Assembly (NCBI GenBank): GCA_946965045.2 | Contig: OX337232.1 | Coordinates: 186,001 to 250,000, forward strand | Direction of reading: 5' to 3' | DNA from: Epithemia pelagica | Lineage: Eukaryota > Protista > Bacillariophyta | DNA: 64,000 nucleotides | Shown here: positions 34,221-45,919 of the stretch, piece after piece | Layout of the letters: every line of letters begins with the position of its first letter | Numbering within the stretch: position 1 is the first letter of the stretch | Translations under genes and position numbers: made by a program | The notes under the pieces: model-generated | Databases searched by the model: none | Told to the model about the DNA's origin: nothing | The model's input: the letters and a program-made list of their open reading frames with translations, nothing else

Positions 34221-35217
34221 CCCTCGGTATCAGTGTCCACTGCTTAGCTGTTTTTTGTCTGTGCCACCTTCACAGGTTCCCAAGTGGACACAGACAGAAT
34301 TTTTCGCTTTTCATGCAAATAGAAATTATCAAATTGCAAATTGGCACGCATGCCCAGCTGAATTTTTCGACGTTTGAAACGGACGCAAGCCCAGCAAGCG
34401 TTCCCTGCGTGGATGACGGTTGGCTGTTGCATAATTCGGGGCAAGCTCACAATTCTCTTTTCTTTTGCCAAAGCACATCGTACTTACTGCTTACGAATGT
34501 TACTGGCTTTCCAGGTGAGCTTGATCCATTGCCAATTGCCATGTTGTCAATGACATCACTCATGCTCACTACCAAATGCCACTTTTGTTTGCTCTGCTCG
34601 TGGGAGACGCTACTCATCTGTTTAGTCGCTGGGCAGCTCATTACTCTCATTGTTCATTCTTGTCGAACAGAAATGACTGGTTTTTGCTGAACGCCATAAC
34701 TTTGATTGCATTAAAAAACTCTATACTCTAGACATTCTTTTGTTTATTTACTAGTAGTAGAACGCCAGTGCTTGTCATCCATGAGACTTTTGAGCCTTGT
34801 GAATTCGTTGCAGCTTTGTTCTTTGTTGTGAGCACAACGATGACCCTCAGTTTCGCTATGAAAACACAACAGAACAGCTCTCACAAGCTTGTACCGCTCA
34901 CTTTGAGCACTCTGTGTCGACTACCTAGGTAGGATATGATAATTGGTCAGTAGGGTGTGGCAAGATGGCTTCCCATCTATTTGATGCAAAAACAACATTG
35001 CTGAGAAATGATTGAGAATGACGCTATGATGAGAGACGAGAGAGAATAATCTATCCTATAGAGCATATGGCAGTAGCCAAAAAACAATCAAACAACAAAC
35101 AATTAGGCAAAGAAAAGATAGTCCAGTTGACATCTGGCGGCTTGTCATCTACTCGTACGAAATGAGACAAAAGTAAAGGATCATGCAAGAACAATAGGAA
35201 AGACAGCTGCAGCAGTG
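34221..35217. repeat. About 1-kb copy of the CCCTCGGTATCAG-ended element, inverted relative to 48070-48955
   Basis: Near-identical reverse-complement match to 48070-48955; the right-hand copy lacks about 100 bp. The second terminus was not found. Confidence 0.85.
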
Positions 35218-35429
35218 CCTATTTCCAATTTCCAACAATAATGTTAGGCTCCGCTGATCCGTTCTCTCTAATACTAGGGAGCGGGGAGAGACGGAAGAGC
35301 GAATGGTTAAAGCTTTTCGGATTTCGGGTCCGCGGCTAACATGACAGCTACTGCGTGCTGTTCCAATCGCCAGCACGCAGCAGGTCTACACCTTACCATG
35401 GATATGGATTGTGCATTTGGGACTCTTCT

Positions 35430-36174
35430 CTACCCCCCAGCGGGGGTGTTTTTGAGGGAGTAATTTCGTTGAAACACCCCCTTCTCTGTTCGCTGGATCT
35501 TGACGGTAGGCATATCTCATTTCCTCCACCACGACAACAACACGACAATCAAACTTTGTTGTTGCTGGTGACCTCCAATGGCCACCCCATCATGATCTGA
35601 CCATCATATGCTTCATCTGGGTACCATGGCAGTGCATTGTGAGGGACACAGTGGATTCGGGCCACTCTAGGAAATGACCAATACAGTGACGCGTAATACA
35701 GGAACAATAGGAGACCATGATGGCATGAAAATACATGAGAGTTGATGTTTTGCTATTAATGCAGCGCATAACTACCACTGTTATGTGTATTGTAGATCAA
35801 TAGGTGTTCAAACAATGCAAGATAAGAGCCATATTGTCCCATTGAGTTGCTTCGTTCGAAATTGTGAGACGTCGTGTCCGTGCCTGTGCCACGAGGCATG
35901 GCGCCTATGAGTCTGATGCTTAACAGCCTTGACCTTTAAACTTTGGTGATGCAGATGCATTCTACACCATTGGTTTGAGGTCTATGACTGGGAAGACAGG
36001 TTTCAAGAGTCCAAATAGGTGCACAACAACCTGTGCAACACCATGGCCCGTGTTGTTATCGTGGTGGATGGAATGAGATATGCCTACCGTCAAGAAATAG
36101 GTTATTTTTGGCACTTAGAGATGGGGGTGGCTACACGAAATTACACCCTCAAAGCCACCCCCGCTGGGGGGTAG
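35430..36174. mobile_element. MITE, about 745 bp, about 55-bp TIRs
   Basis: CTACCCCCCAGCGGGGGTG... and ...CACCCCCGCTGGGGGGTAG, flanked by a direct repeat ACTCTTCT (8 bp) that can also be read as GACTCTTCTC (10 bp). Confidence 0.85.
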
Positions 36175-37740
36175 ACTCTTCTCCTCATTCATTAGTCTGC
36201 TTCCTGCTTCCTGCTGCTAGATGCTGGATGCTGGACACTAGAGTTGAGAGTTGTGATCATTCGATTCCACATTATTTCGTGTAGGGCATAATGAATAGTG
36301 ACAGCCAATGAGATGAGTAGTTAGAAGTTAGAATTTATGTTAGTGTAGATTGTAGCCTCAAGTGTCAAGTGGTATGATGTGGTACATGGTACTCCTACCT
36401 CCTACATGGAGGTTTAGGGGTAGATCTCTCGGCACTTTGGTCTCCACCAGGCCAGAGATCTATTGTTGCTTTCTGTTTCTGGGTTCTAGGACGAGCAACA
36501 TTGACTCAAAGTCATTCAGCATTCTTACATCGTGATAAAGCATCGCAACCTCACCCAAAGGCCATCCCCATTTCTTCTAGGAGTAGGTAGGTAGGTAGGG
36601 TAGATCATGCGTGCAGCAGCAGTAGCAATCGGCAATGCAAAATGCAAGAAGAAACTGTTTGTCAGTTGCCCAAATAAGAATGATGGGGCCCGTTCATGTA
36701 TGGTTGAGTTATGAGTTATGAGGGAAAAGCAGTGCACTGATGCGAATTCTTCGAATGCGACACTGAGAAATGTCGGGAATAGGGCCACATCAGAGAGATC
36801 AGAGCTCATCATATTACTGTGAACGAGGGAACCAAAGGGCCGCCTCGAGGAGGCCTCATAACTCATAATTACAAATAGCAAAGATAATGGTTGCATAAAA
36901 TAGATGATGTATGGACCACGCGGTACTCCTCCTCTACCTAATCCCCTAATAGGAGTAGTTACATCCTACGGGTAGATGTAGCAACACGGACATCTGCTAC
37001 TAGGTCGATTTGAAATTTTATTTTCATCGTGAGAAGTTGGACGATTGTGGTCCCAACGGTCTTGTTGTTGATGATGATGGTTCTAGACCATTGTACCTAA
37101 ATGCCGTCTGTACGTCATCATGCTGAAGAAGACAACCATTACGGAAATCCCGCGTGTGAATTACTGGTGGCTCCTCCATTCCCATTGGTCCAGTCTGCCA
37201 CTGTTTCACATCTCACCTTGATTGTCTCCCATGGTCTAGAGAACCACCCATTTCTGCTGGCTGAGTGACATCTACTTCCGTACTCGTAATAGAGTTACTG
37301 GAGGAGCAATTGAAAGACCTACTCCTAGCTACTCCTAAAGGAGTACTCGGAAAAAATACTCTAGTGCAAGTAGCTTACGTAGCCAGCTCTAGAGGAGTAG
37401 ATTCTAGGGCGTAGATGGCAAACGCGACCGACACAGCATGTCTAGCTCTTAGAGATCTACCGGTAGTAGAGAGGAGTATGAAGAATGAAGAAGTAGGATG
37501 ATCATCTATGATCTGGGACACCTACGAAAATTGTTACCGATGGCCAGTTGCACGTGTAGCCCAATAAGTATTAAGAGCTCTACTTCCAAACATCGCCTAA
37601 TACGGAGCGGGCCATATCAACAAGAAAAATACTTATTATGGTTCCTGATAGTAACTAGAAAGTTAACGTTTATTCTGTCACCTTAACGGACTTACTGTAA
37701 TGAAGAATATTTAATTTTGGTCTTGCACAACTTACTTAGG

Positions 37741-37925
37741 ATGTTTCCAGTCGTGATACCAGTTGGCTCCGTTGTTTCCGTTGTTTCCATTCGTGATACC
37801 AGTTGTTTCCGTTGTTTCCAGTTGTTTCCAGTTGTTTCCAGTCGTGTGCCCGTTGTTTCCACGCTGTTTCAGTTGTTTCCAGTCGTGTGCCAGTTGTTTC
37901 CAGTCGTGTGCCGGTTGTTTCCGGT
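37741..37925. repeat. 10-bp minisatellite (CCAGTTGTTT / CCAGTCGTGT variants), array 1
   Basis: Directly visible periodicity; generates spurious repetitive ORFs on both strands. Confidence 0.85.
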
Positions 37926-38519
37926 CGCCGTTCGCATGAGACTCCCGGCCCAACGAGATTCAGGACTCCACTCATTTTCCTATAGTAAACAATATGCGTA
38001 AAACCAACCAAGGCTCACCACTCACACTCGATGGTGACGAGACGCTAGCACAACAATCAACCCGCCTCCTCTTTGCATACGAACAGCTACTAATAGAGAG
38101 CATCAACCTAGTTGTACATGGACGTATGTGTCGTAGGCCATGGCTATCGTTTCCGCCGTCATCCATCTGTCTTCATCCATCCTCGTTCGCCATCCTCTCT
38201 TTTGCCTGCATCGATCCATTTTCCATTTGTCTTTGTCTTTCTTGATTGTCACCATGTCTACCAAGAGACTCCAGATTCCATGGATGGTTGCGATGGCGGC
38301 TGAGTTGATTGTTGCGTTTGATGTTTGATTGTTTTGTTTTGACGAAGAGCTGTTTGTTGCGTTCGCGCCCACGCCATTGTCGTTGATTGTTTTGTGTTCG
38401 ATGTTGAATGCTCGTCAACGTCCAAGGATCATTCCACCAAAAAAGCCCCCTACCGTGAGCGTGAGGATCCGAGTGCTTTTCAGCCAGAAAGTTCAGGATC
38501 TTTCTTGGGATCTGTGTCC

Positions 38520-38675
38520 AATGTTTCCAGTCGTGTATCAGTTGCTTCCAAGATGTTCTCAGAGTTTCCAAACGTGTGTCCAATGTTTCCACGTTGTTTC
38601 CATTTGATTCCACTTGTTTCCATTGTTTCCAGTCGTGTTTCCACTTGTTTCCGATGTTTCCAGTCACGCTTCCAG
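38520..38675. repeat. 10-bp minisatellite, degenerate array 2
   Basis: Same unit and orientation as 37741-37925 (TGTTTCCA repeats). Confidence 0.75.
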
Positions 38676-38885
38676 TTTTGGCGGTATATTTCCACTCGTG
38701 TTTCTAGAAAAGTCATTAAATATATTGTTTACCACTGTGTCGTAGAGGACTCAAATAAATGTCCTTGTTTCTAATTGAAATAAATAATAGAGTGTGTGTG
38801 GTTCGCATCTTCAGAAACATATCATCACCACTTATTGGAAAAACTCAATGCTTAAAAATCCTAATCTCTTTAATTGGAAGCAGTC

Positions 38886-39518
38886 TCGCACAAGTTATAG
38901 GTATCCGATCGAGTCGTCTCGATAAGGAGTACACCTTCTTGTGGTTGATTCACTTAACACACCGTAGACAAGACTCGAACTATCATAACTAGTTCTCTAG
39001 GTATGCTATAGAAGACGAGATTGGCGCCATTGACCATGACGGGACTACCAACATTGGCTTACATGTGAGAATCAAAGATACATGTGAGAACCTGTGGTCA
39101 TTGGGAAATGGACAATCATCCAAGGATACGTACAGGATTCGTAGCCACGGTACATTAGAGATATAACCCAGTAGATCCTCGTAGCCTTAGTACATTTGGG
39201 AAGAAATGCACGTAGGATCTCTGTACCCAGTACTGGGGATAATAACCTTAGGTGGCAGCAAAGACAGCCATGGGGAAAGACATACAAATCTAGAATAAAG
39301 CTCACAATCTTAAATCTCACCATTCATCACATCTCTTTGTGTCCTACCTACTCTCCTAGTAGCTGTTGGCCTTTTCCTTGACCTGTGAGGAACTGGCTAC
39401 GTAGTTGGTGACTCCTGAGTGTCCTCTTTGCTCTCTGTCTGCTGAGGCTTTGGTACAGCCTCTAAAACCTAACACTCACCACATTCCTGTTTGGGCAGAC
39501 GCCCTTTAACCTTTGCGA
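38886..39518 (+). repeat. 5' LTR, termini TCGCA...TGCGA
   Basis: About nine mismatches by eye versus 50123-50755. Confidence 0.9.
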
Positions 39519-39529
39519 GATTAACAGTC
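39519..39529 (+). other. Putative primer-binding site complementary to the tRNA-Asn(GUU) anticodon arm
   Basis: GATTAACAGTC is the reverse complement of GACTGTTAATC (GA-CT-GTT-AA-TC) and sits immediately after the LTR. Confidence 0.6.
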
Positions 39530-39986
39530 TCAACAGACTCTCTGAGTCAGGTTTGTGGTTGATTGTTGTTTGCCTTGCTTGGATTGCTTCTGCTTGTGGT
39601 TTTTCATCATCCCTTGTGGATGGAAACAACATTTTGCTGTTTCTTGTCCATCTTGTTGCCTGTCCCGTGGACTTTGTTGTCGGATCTGGTTGATTGCTGC
39701 TCTCGATTGTCTTCTCCGAGTTTTCACCTCCTTTGTTTGTGAGACGATCGTGTCTTGTTGCTTGGGGGAACTCGCGCGTGGCGATCATCTGATTTTGTAT
39801 TGGGTCAGTTTTCTGTGTAACGTGAACCGAAAATTTGGGGGTGTGTTTTGTTCATCCAGAATCTGGGGACCTATCCGGGGTAACCAATCCAACGGGCAAC
39901 CAGATTCCCAGTCCTTCGAGACTGTCGCATTCCCCCATCCCGTACTTTACGTACAAGTAAGTCGCAAGACTGAAAAGAGGGCGATC

Positions 39987-40060
39987 CTTGCCAGACCGGC
40001 TGGATACCATAAGGGGGGCGAAGCTTGCCAGACCGGCTGGATACCGTAAGGGGGGCGAAG
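39987..40060. repeat. 37-bp tandem duplication
   Basis: CTTGCCAGACCGGCTGGATACC(A/G)TAAGGGGGGCGAAG occurs twice. Confidence 0.85.
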
Positions 40061-40740
40061 TTCAAGTACTCAACAGGTACTCCTTCGCGTGTTCCGGCAC
40101 ACCTTTGTCTTTCTCACAACGCATCTGTTGCTGACGCTCGCCAGGCGTTCAGGCTCTCTTCTCTGTGCTGTGAACAGATTTGCGATATCATTCCGTGGAC
40201 GATCAATTCCCGCGACGGTCGCGTTTCTGTCATTTTTGGAGTCACGTTTTGGAGAGTGCCGTGAAGTTCTTGGAGATTTTGATGACGTCATCATCATGAC
40301 TTGGAGTCGCATCTAGAACTGAAATTTTCTTACACGTGGAGATTAAGCTAGGGACTGGCAATCCCGGGTGTGTGGAGACAAGGACAGACTGTCAGACGTT
40401 GCCAACTTAACGTTTACGTTAGTTATGCCTAAACCCTGCAGCGGAAGTGCGCCATATCAAAATAGCTTCGCATAGCGAGCCCATTGGCATTACTCCCAGC
40501 TTGGATCATCTTATCGCTTGGTTGTAATATCACACGAATTCTCTTTGAAGTCTTATAGTACCTGAAGGATAGAGAGTAATCTTCAAGGCGGGGTCTTGGT
40601 GACGAAGGCAGCCCCACCCCATCGGGGGTGTGGCACGCTAATTTTCTGCGTTTGGGGAGACGGATTAGGTTAGACTACCACCTGGTGGCGGCAAGCCAGA
40701 GGGATCATCGGTAGGAACGACAATCTTATCTCACTAGTTT

Positions 40741-41439
40741 ATGAATAAGACAGCAAGAAGTATGACAGAGACTCAAGGCAATGCTGACCTGACTTTCTCT
40801 CTGAGTGTTGGGGAGAATCTAGCACTGGAGGAAACTCATCTAGAAAGTTTAGGTCACATCTTCTGTACTATATTCCAGTGTCCACGATACCTAGTTCCTT
40901 TCTGTGCCTGGATGGAGTACAATGGTTATGATTCTTTTTCTGAGGTTGTTGAGATTCTATCTATGGACATCAAGCTTGGTCTCAACAGTACAAATGGATT
41001 CCTAGCTACAAATGATCCTATTTTGCTACCCAAAACAGTGGAATATGCACTAGAGGACCTAGCTATGTGGGCTATTGACAAGATGCATTTCACGAGAAAG
41101 ATACTCAGTGATACGGACTTACTAGATCTTAGCTACCAAGAGTTTGTTGACTGGCGTGACCAATTTTCCGTCAATCATCTAGATCCTGATCTACTCCTAC
41201 CTCTTCCAAGTCTAGTCCTACTAGATAGTTCTGATCACACGTGTGACATCATCGCGAAACAGATATCTTCGGTTGACAGACGGACCATACTCGGATCCAA
41301 GATTACACTCAAGACTAAAAACTATGCAATACGAGCAGAAGCTGCATATAGTGCGCACCTGTCGACACTCACTTTTCACCGATGTCACACAGAAACCTCC
41401 AATTTACTATGGCTCAAACAGTGGGACCAATCTTGTTAA
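40741..41439 (+). pseudogene. Degenerate CoDi-type Gag N-terminal relic
   Basis: HIFCTIF..P..AW..NGYDSFSEV..DI.L..LEDLAMW..DLSYQEFVDWR resembles the N-terminus of diatom copia Gag. Its position after the PBS fits; it is truncated. Confidence 0.5.
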
Positions 41440-41915
41440 GTGTAAGACCCAAAAATTTCCTCTAACGGACCCTCTCTCTTTGCCAGCGTATTACCAAAGC
41501 CCTTTCCAATGAATTTGTCATGGACCACTTCCATACAAGACTAGTAAAACAGAACCTTTATGCGTTTTTGTCCGCTGACAAATTCATTGAAAATTGGTGC
41601 AACTGCAACAGTGCAAAACTCGATGATATCAATTTCAGTCCCCGTCACCGATCACAAATTCACCTGTAACACTACCCGTCGTTGACCCTGCCCTTTTTAT
41701 ATTAATTTTATATAGCAACGTATATCATATTAAACTACAGTCGCTCTTTAATCGTTTTTCCATCTCTCCCTTCATGTGTTGCTTGGAATGATGCCTTCTC
41801 CCTCCAACAGGGACGTACCTCTTCCCTTATTGACAATCGATCTCCATATCTACTTGACGGATGAACAATACAAGCGGTCGGTCATCCCCACCTCCATCTG
41901 CTGATTGATCCCACC

Positions 41916-44900
41916 ATGCCCCGCCGCAAACCCCAAAAGCGCGTTCAAGGCGACGGCAACAAGACGGATCATGAGCCTACAAGGAAATCAAGAAGAATTG
42001 CCAATAAAGCCAAGACAGAGGAGCAGATTGCAGTCACCAAAATGGCGGAAGAAAATATTCGTCTTGTTGCTTCACCGAATCTGATTACTCGACAACGAAG
42101 GGGTGCATCCCAAGTGACCTGCGAAGACAACACTGTCGAAAGGAAGAGGATTGCCAAGATATTGTTAGATTGCAGCGATTTGGGCAAAGTACCTTGCTCT
42201 GTCTACGGACGCAACCGATACAAGAAATTCCCCGGCTTTTTCTTCTGTAGTCGCTGTAAGAAAGGCGATGACGAGGAAGCGTCCCGCCCCAACTGTTACA
42301 TCAACAGGAAGGCGGAGAACGGACGGTACACCTGTACTGCAGAACATTCTGACTACTGGGAACCAACCCAAATCGACCCCAAATCCAAATACCAACCTGA
42401 TCCTCCGCCATCAAGTCTTTTCTGTGTACCCATTAGCCAACGACCCCAATTCATTTCTCCTTGTCCGAAAAAAGTTCGTCGCCAAAAGGAGAACCAAGCC
42501 ACGAAGTTAGACGATATTTTATTGTCGGCGTCGAACAATAACCAACCCGAAGACCGCGATTATCAGGCCATTCAAATGGCAGAAGCGGCAAGCAATCTCG
42601 AAGATGAGTTAGAGAATCTTTCGGAAACCAGACTTCCCCAAGCCAATAATGAAACGACATCACCTACCCATCCAGAACAAGCGACACCAAGTGGAGAAAA
42701 GAGTCCTCTTCCCGAGCCCTCTTTTCTTGATTATCCAGACATACCAGACATTCCAGATGATGAAAGTCTAGATTCGTTCCCTCCATGGCCGGACGATGAC
42801 CCAGAAGATGACTTAGACGACTTGCCACCATTTGAGTCTCAACAGGCTCCCCAGACCCCAGTGCCAAACCCCCCGAGCATGGAATCTCCTGTAGATTCTA
42901 CGCTTCCCTCAAGTTCCATTCAACACAATGTTGAGGCATCATGTGAGACAGATTCATCATATCGTAGTAGAATAAAGGAACTTACTGTTTCTATTAATCA
43001 ATTGAAAATTGAACTCGAAGAATGCAAAGCCAAACTCAAGAAATCGAACGACAACTTGCGATACTGGAAAGGAAAACGCCTCGACCAGTCTATTGCCAAC
43101 CTCCCCAAGTCTTGCTACTATCCAAAACATCGCAAGAAGCTTGTTGAACATATTCGACATGTCTTGGAATCAAGAACAAAGAATATGGAACCAACAAGCC
43201 GGGCAGCAGGCCTTTTTTTCCGGGACGTTGCCCAATTGTGCTTGGACAAAACAGTGCATAGTGGCTTACTGTTTGAGAACTCTTACGCTGTTTTTCGAAA
43301 CTACGTGCGCAATTTTGTGTTTACGCCGTACAATATATTGAAGAAAATGGATCTCACTGGTGGCCGGTTAAATTTTAGTGGAATCGAACTTTTACGTTCA
43401 GTCGAATCCAATGATGTACCCCGCGTTCGGACGCTGCTACCCAGTACATCGGCCCTACAAGAATGTGCTACAAAGATCGAGCAGTTCGGGCAGCTAATCT
43501 TTCCCTACAAACTTATGCGCAACAAGGAGGACGGGTCGGAGGGTTTCTCCTTCCGTGCATCTGACGTTATGTCTGGGATTTTGGTTGCGGGGGGATGTTT
43601 ATACAGCGACGCCAGATGGAGACCCATTCGATTATCCCAAAGTTTGGACGGTGCCCTGTTTACCAAGAACCTCAGCCACACGCTGGGGGGCTTGAAGTTT
43701 AACGATGAATCGAACAGTCTCGCTCAATCGCGGAATAGTGTGTGGCCAATAGTATGTGTCTGCCGTCCCGAAAGCAAGGGATTGGTAAGGTCTGTTTTCC
43801 GCAACATGATTCAAGAAATAAGAGAAGGCGCCCTCACTGTACTCCCCACCAAATATGGAGTTTGGCCACTCCAAATATGCACGAACTGCGATATGTCGTG
43901 CGAGTGGAAACTCCTAGGGAGGGGAGGTGCGGCCCAGCAAGCTACTTTTCCGTGCTCCAAATGCACAGTCAAAAGTGGTGAACTACATTTGTCCGCGGAG
44001 GAGGACAAAGTGAAATCGTGCTTATTATGCAAGAAGCTAGGACATCAGGAGAAACCAGATTGGGTGTGTTACCACCATAAGATGTGTACGTCGGAACACC
44101 TGTCGCATCTTGATGAGGAGGTCAAGTTATTCGCAAAAGAAATGCCGGAGATCCGAAAGAACCTGACCAAAATATGGGCTGACTCCAAGTTAACAATGAA
44201 AGTAAATCCAAGAACTGTGCCCTCTGTGCAGCAAAAGAAGGATATTGAATGTATCCATTTCGATCTTTCACTTGCGTCTACAACACAGCGGCAGGAGTAT
44301 GCAAGATCTCTAACCAACGACCTCGTGGTACGGAAGCTGGACGTCACGGGAGTATTGGAAGAACGCCAATTGCGATTGAAGAAATCTCATATTAGGGAAT
44401 GGCAATACTACCAGGCAGACCAGGTACTACAAAACTACAAAGGATCTGTTCAATCGACGGCCATGGTCTACCTGCTAGATACTGTCCCTTGTATATTGCA
44501 TATGGAAAACCGTATGGGCCTGAAGATTCTTACAATGCTGTTGAAGAAGGGGCTGAGTAATGCGATCAATTCGGATTTGCCGTGGATTCCAGATGACAGT
44601 AATGAAGGTGAACGATGCTTGGAGTTCATCCGAACAGTGAACCGGATTATGTCCCTTCAGATTCTGGGTACTGTGGACCTCCCAACCCATTGGAAAGTCC
44701 CCTACGATGAATCCAAAAAGAAAATAAAGCCTATTACCATGGACAATGTACGTATCCGCAGACTTATGCCCTTGTTTGACAAGCTCGTTGCGGTGTGTGT
44801 TCCAACAGTCGCAGAGAAGGCCCAATGGTCAGCCTGTGTGAAAAGCTATCGGGAGTCAATGGAGATTCTAAAGATACATAGAGACTTGACAGAGAGTGAA

Positions 44901-45773
44901 ATGGATACGTATCAACGCCACGCTGATGCCTTTTTTTCAGTTTGGGTGGAACTCACCGGTGAACATGGTGTGACCAACTACGCACACCTTATTGGGAGTG
45001 GGCATGTGTATGAATATCTTCGTCATTGGAAGAACCTATCATCACATGCCCAGCAAGGATGGGAGGGTAAGTTGCTAATGACACTCGCGCCTTGTTTTAG
45101 ACTGGATCATGGTCTCATCTGCATTACAGCATTTAAAAGCCTCTTCAAGACATTTTACTTCCACCGAACTCAACGCGGTGGGAGTATTAATCAAGGCAGG
45201 GGTCGGCAGTCCAGACTCGAACCTATGGCAAGATGGCTCCAGAGGCGGATGATTTTCCTTTGTGGATATTCGTGGGAGGCCATACAAAAAGGGAACGAGC
45301 TCACGACCGAAGAGGATATTACAAGATCGAACCAATGGGTTCGTAAGAATGGAGGAAAAATCGAGTTCTGTAGACCAGCCAGCAGTCCAATGACTACAAA
45401 TAGCGAACAAGAACAGGCAACCACAGCTGGTCTACAACAACAGACAACTGGAGCCGCAAGTAACGATGGCATTAATAGCGGTATGAACGCGCCCGAAGGA
45501 CAACCTGAACAAAGTGAAACGAATGAGAATAACAGTGCACCCAACCAATCTGCAAGTCAACCACCAGCGACGGAAGAAGATGACGAATACAGGCAAATCC
45601 TGGAAGACGCGGCAGAGTTAGAGAATTGGGAATTTTATGACCCTGGCGACTCTCCTACTACAGCAGGAGTATTGATACATGGACCGGATTCTTTGGTGGA
45701 TGACTGCTTTGGTGAAGACGCATATGAAGACGACGAGGAGGATGATAGTGACGTAGACATTCAAGGATCGTAA
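41916..45773 (+). CDS. DDE transposase of the RAG1/Transib (CMC-Transib) clade; probable 63-bp in-frame intron at 45067-45129
   Basis: QSLDG (D at 43647), NCD (D at 43890), CSKC, CILH, VTNYAHLIGSGH and QQGWE (E at 45063) occur in the RAG1 motif order. An N-terminal CxxC..CxxxH finger is present. Confidence 0.72.
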   Translation: MPRRKPQKRVQGDGNKTDHEPTRKSRRIANKAKTEEQIAVTKMAEENIRLVASPNLITRQRRGASQVTCEDNTVERKRIAKILLDCSDLGKVPCSVYGRNRYKKFPGFFFCSRCKKGDDEEASRPNCYINRKAENGRYTCTAEHSDYWEPTQIDPKSKYQPDPPPSSLFCVPISQRPQFISPCPKKVRRQKENQATKLDDILLSASNNNQPEDRDYQAIQMAEAASNLEDELENLSETRLPQANNETTSPTHPEQATPSGEKSPLPEPSFLDYPDIPDIPDDESLDSFPPWPDDDPEDDLDDLPPFESQQAPQTPVPNPPSMESPVDSTLPSSSIQHNVEASCETDSSYRSRIKELTVSINQLKIELEECKAKLKKSNDNLRYWKGKRLDQSIANLPKSCYYPKHRKKLVEHIRHVLESRTKNMEPTSRAAGLFFRDVAQLCLDKTVHSGLLFENSYAVFRNYVRNFVFTPYNILKKMDLTGGRLNFSGIELLRSVESNDVPRVRTLLPSTSALQECATKIEQFGQLIFPYKLMRNKEDGSEGFSFRASDVMSGILVAGGCLYSDARWRPIRLSQSLDGALFTKNLSHTLGGLKFNDESNSLAQSRNSVWPIVCVCRPESKGLVRSVFRNMIQEIREGALTVLPTKYGVWPLQICTNCDMSCEWKLLGRGGAAQQATFPCSKCTVKSGELHLSAEEDKVKSCLLCKKLGHQEKPDWVCYHHKMCTSEHLSHLDEEVKLFAKEMPEIRKNLTKIWADSKLTMKVNPRTVPSVQQKKDIECIHFDLSLASTTQRQEYARSLTNDLVVRKLDVTGVLEERQLRLKKSHIREWQYYQADQVLQNYKGSVQSTAMVYLLDTVPCILHMENRMGLKILTMLLKKGLSNAINSDLPWIPDDSNEGERCLEFIRTVNRIMSLQILGTVDLPTHWKVPYDESKKKIKPITMDNVRIRRLMPLFDKLVAVCVPTVAEKAQWSACVKSYRESMEILKIHRDLTESEMDTYQRHADAFFSVWVELTGEHGVTNYAHLIGSGHVYEYLRHWKNLSSHAQQGWEGKLLMTLAPCFRLDHGLICITAFKSLFKTFYFHRTQRGGSINQGRGRQSRLEPMARWLQRRMIFLCGYSWEAIQKGNELTTEEDITRSNQWVRKNGGKIEFCRPASSPMTTNSEQEQATTAGLQQQTTGAASNDGINSGMNAPEGQPEQSETNENNSAPNQSASQPPATEEDDEYRQILEDAAELENWEFYDPGDSPTTAGVLIHGPDSLVDDCFGEDAYEDDEEDDSDVDIQGS

Positions 45774-45919
45774 AGTAAAGAAGCATAGTGCTAATAAGAG
45801 ATAAATGGCTAGAGTGTTTGTGTTGTGGTCAAAGCTTGTTCGGTTGTTATCTTCTCTACATGAACGAACGACAAACAACAATGGTTCTCGTGGTAATATA
45901 AGGAAGCAAAGTCTGGTCA

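Noticed and set aside
37741-38675. CRISPR array or telomeric repeat
   Set aside because: The 10-bp units have no unique spacers, no cas genes are nearby, the context is eukaryotic and the unit is not TTAGGG-like.
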